From: a virus
Taxonomy: Duplodnaviria > Caudoviricetes
Virus record (IMG/VR): IMGVR_UViG_3300005512_000094
Coordinates: 1-40,629 of that record
Direction: 5' to 3' (one strand)
Length of the DNA: 40,629 nt
Position 1 is the stretch's first letter. Every line of letters begins with the position of its first letter. Positions 36,134 through 40,629 of the stretch are shown one piece after another. A program made the position numbers and the translations under genes. The notes under the pieces are model-generated. The model saw nothing but the letters and a program-made list of their open reading frames with translations. It was not told the origin of the DNA and did no database searches.

Positions 36134-36769
36134 ATGACAGTAAAATTTATTAGCATTACTCCTGATGCGGAGAAAATGATGGCATATGTTGCTCGCGTTA
36201 GTAACCCCTCTAATCAGGATAATGAAAAGTATTCTGGACTCTTGAAATATTGTATCAAGCATAATCATTGGAGTGTGTTTGAACAGAGTTATATGACTCT
36301 TGAAATTTCAACCACACGGGCAATCGCAGCTCAGATATTGCGTCACAGAAGTTTTACATATCAAGAATTTTCTCAAAGATATGCCGATTCTTCACTTTTG
36401 GGTGAAAAAATTAAACTTCCAGAATTACGAAGACAAGATACTAAAAATCGTCAAAATTCCATTGATGATTTAGATGAGTTTATGGTTCAAAAATTTCAGA
36501 TGCAAATGAAGACTTTATTTGATTCTTCAATGGCACTTTACCAACAAATGCTTGAAGCAGGAGTGGCAAAGGAATGTGCAAGAAATGTGCTTCCACTCTG
36601 TGTTGGCACAAAAATTTACATGACGGGCTCATGTCGCTCATGGATTCATTATATAACTCTGAGGTCTGCAAACGGCACTCAGAAGGAGCACATGGACGTT
36701 GCACTTGCATGTAAGGAAGTGTTCAAAGAGCAGTTTCCGTCCGTTTCAGAGGCACTGGAGTGGATCTAA
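36134..36769 (+). CDS. thyX: Flavin-dependent thymidylate synthase
   Basis: HWSVFE; RHRSFTYQEFSQRY (RHRx7S motif). Confidence 0.95.
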   Translation: MTVKFISITPDAEKMMAYVARVSNPSNQDNEKYSGLLKYCIKHNHWSVFEQSYMTLEISTTRAIAAQILRHRSFTYQEFSQRYADSSLLGEKIKLPELRRQDTKNRQNSIDDLDEFMVQKFQMQMKTLFDSSMALYQQMLEAGVAKECARNVLPLCVGTKIYMTGSCRSWIHYITLRSANGTQKEHMDVALACKEVFKEQFPSVSEALEWI

Positions 36770-36794
36770 ATACCGTTATATTGAATTCATAACA

Positions 36795-37040
36795 ATGGCA
36801 ACATATCCTGTAAAGAATAAAGAGACTGGTGAAACTAAAGACGTTGTAATGAGTATTCACGATTGGGATCAATGGAGAGACGATAATCCTGATTGGGAAA
36901 GATACTACACCCCCGAAAACTCACCTTCTTTTGGCGAGGTTGGTGAATGGAAGGATAAACTTCGCAAGAAAAATCCTGGTTGGAATGATGTATTATCAAA
37001 AGTGAAAAAAATGCCCGGTTCATCTATAGATAAAATTTGA
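36795..37040 (+). CDS. Conserved cyanophage hypothetical protein (MATYPVKNKETGE...)
   Basis: ATG at 36795; CTAAATA at 36766-36772 upstream; lies between thyX and phoH. Confidence 0.75.
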   Translation: MATYPVKNKETGETKDVVMSIHDWDQWRDDNPDWERYYTPENSPSFGEVGEWKDKLRKKNPGWNDVLSKVKKMPGSSIDKI

Positions 37041-37041
37041 T

Positions 37042-37800
37042 ATGGCAAGAAGAAAAAGAGCATCTGCAGAACAACCCATCGGGGTTGGACTCACTACAAA
37101 GCAGATGAAGCGCAAAAAACCACTGAGTCAAGAATATCTTGTAGATATTGAACCACTTTCCGATAATCAAAAGCGACTTTTTGATTCGTATAAGGAAGGG
37201 AAGCATATTGTGGCATATGGATGTGCCGGAACAGGAAAGACTTTTATTACCTTGTATAATGCACTGATGGATGTTCTTTCCGAGAACACTCCATATGAAA
37301 GAATCTATCTTGTACGTTCTCTTGTGGCAACCAGAGAGATTGGATTCCTTCCGGGTGATCATGAGGACAAGGCTGATATTTACCAGATTCCATATAAGAA
37401 TATGGTAAAGTACATGTTCCAGATGCCCAGTGATGCAGACTTTGAGATGCTTTATGGTAATCTCAAATCGCAAGATACAATTAAGTTTTGGAGCACATCA
37501 TTCCTTCGTGGAACAACACTTGATAATTCAATTGTTATAGTTGATGAGTTTCAAAATCTTAATTTTCATGAACTGGACTCTATTATTACCCGTGTTGGTG
37601 AAAACACTAAAATCTGCTTCTGTGGTGATGCCAGACAATCTGATTTAACAAAATCAAATGATAGAAATGGTATTGTTGACTTCATGAACATCTTGAGAAA
37701 AATGCAATCTTTTGATATAATAGAGTTTGGAGTGGAAGATATTGTTCGTTCCGGATTAGTCAAAGAATACATCATAGCAAAAATAGAAGCAGGTTTTTAA
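37042..37800 (+). CDS. phoH: PhoH-family ATPase
   Basis: GCAGTGKT Walker A, IGFLPG, RGTTL, VDEFQN, GD..QSDL. Confidence 0.95.
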   Translation: MARRKRASAEQPIGVGLTTKQMKRKKPLSQEYLVDIEPLSDNQKRLFDSYKEGKHIVAYGCAGTGKTFITLYNALMDVLSENTPYERIYLVRSLVATREIGFLPGDHEDKADIYQIPYKNMVKYMFQMPSDADFEMLYGNLKSQDTIKFWSTSFLRGTTLDNSIVIVDEFQNLNFHELDSIITRVGENTKICFCGDARQSDLTKSNDRNGIVDFMNILRKMQSFDIIEFGVEDIVRSGLVKEYIIAKIEAGF

Positions 37801-38483
37801 TGTTTAATCATGTTGATTTGAATCTTCCTCGTCTTGATAGAGAGACTATTGATGGAGTTCGTTATTATAAAGTTCCTAATGATGAAGAACTTATCCGATT
37901 AGTCTCTATCACTTCGGTGACCAGTCATTTTAATAAAGAAATTTTTGTTAAATGGCGTAAAAAAGTAGGAGAAGAAAAGGCAAATAAGATTACCAAGGCT
38001 GCTACAAGTCGTGGTACTGACATGCACTCACTAACAGAAAACTATCTTCTCAATATTCCAGAACTTCCAGAGGTTCAACCCATTTCTAAGTTTTTGTTTG
38101 ATATTGCCAGATCAGATTTAAATAAAATTGATAATATTCATGCCTTGGAAAGTTCCCTATATAGTAAACAACTTGGTATTGCCGGAACGGTTGATTGTAT
38201 TGCCGAATATGAAGGCGAACTAGCAATAATTGATTTCAAAACATCCAAGAAACCAAAACCACGGGAGTGGATCGAACACTATTTTGTACAGTGCATGGCA
38301 TATGGTTGTATGCTGTACGAACTGACAGGCATTTCTGTCAAAAAACTTGTAATTATTATGGCTTGCGAAAATGGAGAATGCGTCGTCTATGAAGAACGAG
38401 ACAAATCAAAATACATCAAACTTCTTACCCAATACATTAGAAAGTTTGTTGCAGATAAATTGGAACTCTATGGAACCGAATAA
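37800..38483 (+). CDS. PD-(D/E)xK exonuclease (T4-like cyanophage core)
   Basis: SITSV, RGT.MH, AGTVDC, IIDFKTS, Q..AY. Confidence 0.85.
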   Translation: MFNHVDLNLPRLDRETIDGVRYYKVPNDEELIRLVSITSVTSHFNKEIFVKWRKKVGEEKANKITKAATSRGTDMHSLTENYLLNIPELPEVQPISKFLFDIARSDLNKIDNIHALESSLYSKQLGIAGTVDCIAEYEGELAIIDFKTSKKPKPREWIEHYFVQCMAYGCMLYELTGISVKKLVIIMACENGECVVYEERDKSKYIKLLTQYIRKFVADKLELYGTE

Positions 38484-38730
38484 AGAATTAGAAAAAGTAA
38501 TAGAAAAAAAATTTCTCACACCATCAAAGTTTGCCCTTGAAATTGAGGGTATTGTTTCGTCTGAAAAGATGAACTATATTGATGCCATTGTTTATTATTG
38601 TGAAATTAATGAACTTGAAATTGAATCTATTGCGAAATTAGTATCCAAACCATTAAAAGAAAAGTTAAAGTGGGATGCCACTCAACTTAATTTTATGAAA
38701 AAAACATCGAGAGCAAAATTGCCCTTATGA
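38470..38730 (+). CDS. gp33: Late transcription coactivator gp33 (start revised to 38470)
   Basis: F..EIE.IV..., YIDAIV.YCE.N..E.E...KL.SK.LKEKL..A..LN; position before gp59. Confidence 0.85.
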   Translation: MEPNKELEKVIEKKFLTPSKFALEIEGIVSSEKMNYIDAIVYYCEINELEIESIAKLVSKPLKEKLKWDATQLNFMKKTSRAKLPL

Positions 38731-39323
38731 CTGTGACTCCCTTTGAAACCTATCAACATTATTTGTCACTTAAAAATCATTTTACAAATCCAAAATACGA
38801 TTTCTTTCGCTATGGTGCCAAAACACGAGCTACCGTAGCGTCTTTTAATAAGAGAAAAGATAAGTATTTCTTTGAAAAAACTTCCCGAAAGTATTCGGAT
38901 AATGAAGTTGTACAATTTTTAGTATCAAATTTTATTTCCGCCGATAACCCACAAAACTTATGGATTGGAGAAATTATCAATTCTGGAGAAAGGACATATG
39001 CCGAGTGGATGAAACGACAGCAGAGTTTGACTTACTTGTTCAAAGAACAAAGCAACGAATTACTATCGGAAAACAACTTAGAAAGTCTATTCGATTGCTC
39101 CAAAGGACACCCACCAGTTCTAAAAGCATTTCTAGGAGGACAACTATCGTTGGAAAATTTTGTGATTTACGAAAAAATATTCCATTTTTCTGATAAATTC
39201 GATAAAAAATTAGATGATCCGGTGTGGGAAACCGTTAGTTTAAAAATTAAAAAATATATACCCTTTCTAAATATTGATGTGTTCCAATATAAAAAACTTT
39301 TAAGGAAAATGGTAAATGAGTGA
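38727..39323 (+). CDS. gp59: Helicase loader gp59
   Basis: Y..YLSLKNHF...YDFF.Y, F.KRKDKYFFEK; position between gp33 and gp32. Confidence 0.85.
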   Translation: MTVTPFETYQHYLSLKNHFTNPKYDFFRYGAKTRATVASFNKRKDKYFFEKTSRKYSDNEVVQFLVSNFISADNPQNLWIGEIINSGERTYAEWMKRQQSLTYLFKEQSNELLSENNLESLFDCSKGHPPVLKAFLGGQLSLENFVIYEKIFHFSDKFDKKLDDPVWETVSLKIKKYIPFLNIDVFQYKKLLRKMVNE

Positions 39324-39648
39324 TTTTTTTAATTCTGAAATTATTCAAGAGGCACTAGAAGAAATTAATAATCTTCAAGAAAAAATTTATGGCACTGCCA
39401 TGCATTTTGGTACTATGTCTCAAGAAGAAAAATTAGAGCATATTGATATGATGACTAATCTTTTGGAAAAACAAAGGATTATGTACACTCGATTATCTCT
39501 TTCCGATGATCCTGCCGCAGTTGAAATGAAAGAGAATCTCAGAAAGTCTGTTGTTCTGATGGGATTCCCACCGAATACGGACATGAACACACTGTTCTCA
39601 ACCATGGAAAAAACTGTCCAATCTCTCAAGGACTATATTGACGCTTGA
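39316..39648 (+). CDS. Conserved cyanophage protein (DUF1825-like)
   Basis: FF.SEI.Q, KQ..MY.RLSLSDDP.A..MK motifs. Confidence 0.7.
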   Translation: MSDFFNSEIIQEALEEINNLQEKIYGTAMHFGTMSQEEKLEHIDMMTNLLEKQRIMYTRLSLSDDPAAVEMKENLRKSVVLMGFPPNTDMNTLFSTMEKTVQSLKDYIDA

Positions 39649-39666
39649 GGGCAACCTTGCTATAAT
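39638..39666 (+). promoter_or_regulatory. sigma70-type promoter TTGACG-N17-TATAAT for gene 32
   Basis: Direct read. Confidence 0.8.
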
Positions 39667-39711
39667 ATCAAAGTCAATCCGACAAAATCTAACTAATCCG
39701 AGGTAATCCGA

Positions 39712-40629
39712 ATGTCTTTTGCTGATCTTAAGAAGCAATCTAAACTGGGCTCCCTGACTGCCAAACTGGTCAAGGAAGTCGAAAAAATGAATACCAACAG
39801 TTCCGGCGACGAGCGTCTGTGGAAACTGGATGTTGATAAGAGTGGTAATGGTTATGCCGTTATTCGCTTTCTCCCTGCTCCCAACGGTGAAGATCTGCCG
39901 TTTGTGAAGCTGTACTCTCATGCCTTCCAAGGTTCTGGTGGATGGTACATTGAGAACTCCCTGACTACTCTGGGACAAAAGGATCCCGTGTCTGAGTACA
40001 ATACCACTCTGTGGAATAACGGTACGGATGCCGGTAAAGAACTGGCACGTAAGCAGAAGCGTAAGCTGACTTATGTCTCTAACATCTATGTGGTGAAGGA
40101 TCCTGCTAATCCTGAGAACGAAGGCAAGGTATTCCTGTATAAGTACGGTAAGAAAATCTTTGATAAGATTACCACTGCTATGCAACCTGAGTTCGAGGAC
40201 GAGGAAGCAATCGATCCGTTCGACTTCTGGCAAGGTGCCAACTTCAAGCTGAAGGCAAAGAACGTGGCAGGTTATCGTAACTATGACTCTTCAGAGTTTG
40301 CCGCAGTCTCTGCTCTTCTGGACGACGATGAGGCAATGGAAGGTATCTGGAAGAAACAGTACTCTCTTGAAGAGTTTGTTGCTCCCGATCAATTCAAGTC
40401 CTATGATGATCTGAAGAAGCGTCTGGATTATGTCCTTGGTAATAAGGGCACTCCTAAGTTTCAGGATCAGGAGACTATCGAGGAAGAAGAAGAGTTTCGC
40501 GCACAGAATCGTGGAGACTCCAATCCCGTGCCTCAATCCATGAAGAATGAACTAGATTCTTTGAGTGAGGGACGTGACTTCAACAGTCCTGACATCACTA
40601 ATTCTTCTAGTGAAGATGAGGATGATGCA
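39712..40629 (+). CDS. gp32: Single-stranded DNA-binding protein gp32, 3'-truncated (absent from the ORF track because there is no stop codon in the window)
   Basis: Manual translation MSFADLKKQS...DERLWK..DKSGNGYAVIRFLP...GGWYIENSLTTLG..DPV...GKVFLYKYGKKIFDKI; acidic tail. Confidence 0.95.
   Translation, partial: MSFADLKKQSKLGSLTAKLVKEVEKMNTNSSGDERLWKLDVDKSGNGYAVIRFLPAPNGEDLPFVKLYSHAFQGSGGWYIENSLTTLGQKDPVSEYNTTLWNNGTDAGKELARKQKRKLTYVSNIYVVKDPANPENEGKVFLYKYGKKIFDKITTAMQPEFEDEEAIDPFDFWQGANFKLKAKNVAGYRNYDSSEFAAVSALLDDDEAMEGIWKKQYSLEEFVAPDQFKSYDDLKKRLDYVLGNKGTPKFQDQETIEEEEEFRAQNRGDSNPVPQSMKNELDSLSEGRDFNSPDITNSSSEDEDDA

Noticed and set aside
36699-38469. Long N-terminal extensions given by the ORF track (36699, 38371; also 21513, 32420, 33679, 33980)
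   Set aside because: They overlap upstream genes or promoters; downstream ATGs match the expected protein starts better.
37800-38483. Cas4-like protein implying CRISPR adaptation
   Set aside because: It is the standard PD-(D/E)xK exonuclease between phoH and gp33 in T4-like cyanophages; no cas genes or array nearby.
39598-40536. Minus-strand ORFs of 211 aa and 81 aa
   Set aside because: They are antisense to the clearly recognisable gp32 reading frame starting at 39712.

Overview
This window is part of a T4-like marine cyanomyovirus genome (Kyanoviridae-like, infecting Synechococcus or Prochlorococcus). The assignment rests on the conserved core block nrdC ... thyX-phoH-exonuclease-gp33-gp59-hypothetical-gp32 at 32.4-40.6 kb and on the T4 late-promoter motifs. 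Bases 1-30.2 kb are a late-expressed structural island: the 3' part of a repeat-built tail-fibre gene, then 17 paralogous genes. Each paralog ends in six ~48-aa Kelch-like repeats and a C-terminal S(N/D)xHGG(L/I) motif, and several carry LamG or carbohydrate-binding inserts. A four-gene cassette (coiled-coil protein, glycosyltransferase-like, Thr-rich protein, sulfotransferase) interrupts the array. A convergent minus-strand operon (two 2OG-Fe(II) oxygenases and a radical SAM/SPASM protein) follows it. The most unusual element is 34.3-35.6 kb. An NtcA box and a sigma70 promoter precede two tandem double units resembling glnA-type (glutamine) riboswitches, and whole ORFs sit inside their P2 loops: a 52-aa ORF in the first and a 173-aa zinc-finger/HNH endonuclease in the second. 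The HNH unit has its own late promoter and is flanked by AAGGAACG direct repeats. A DUF4278-like (YRG) peptide gene lies downstream. All family calls are from motif recognition by eye; no searches were run.
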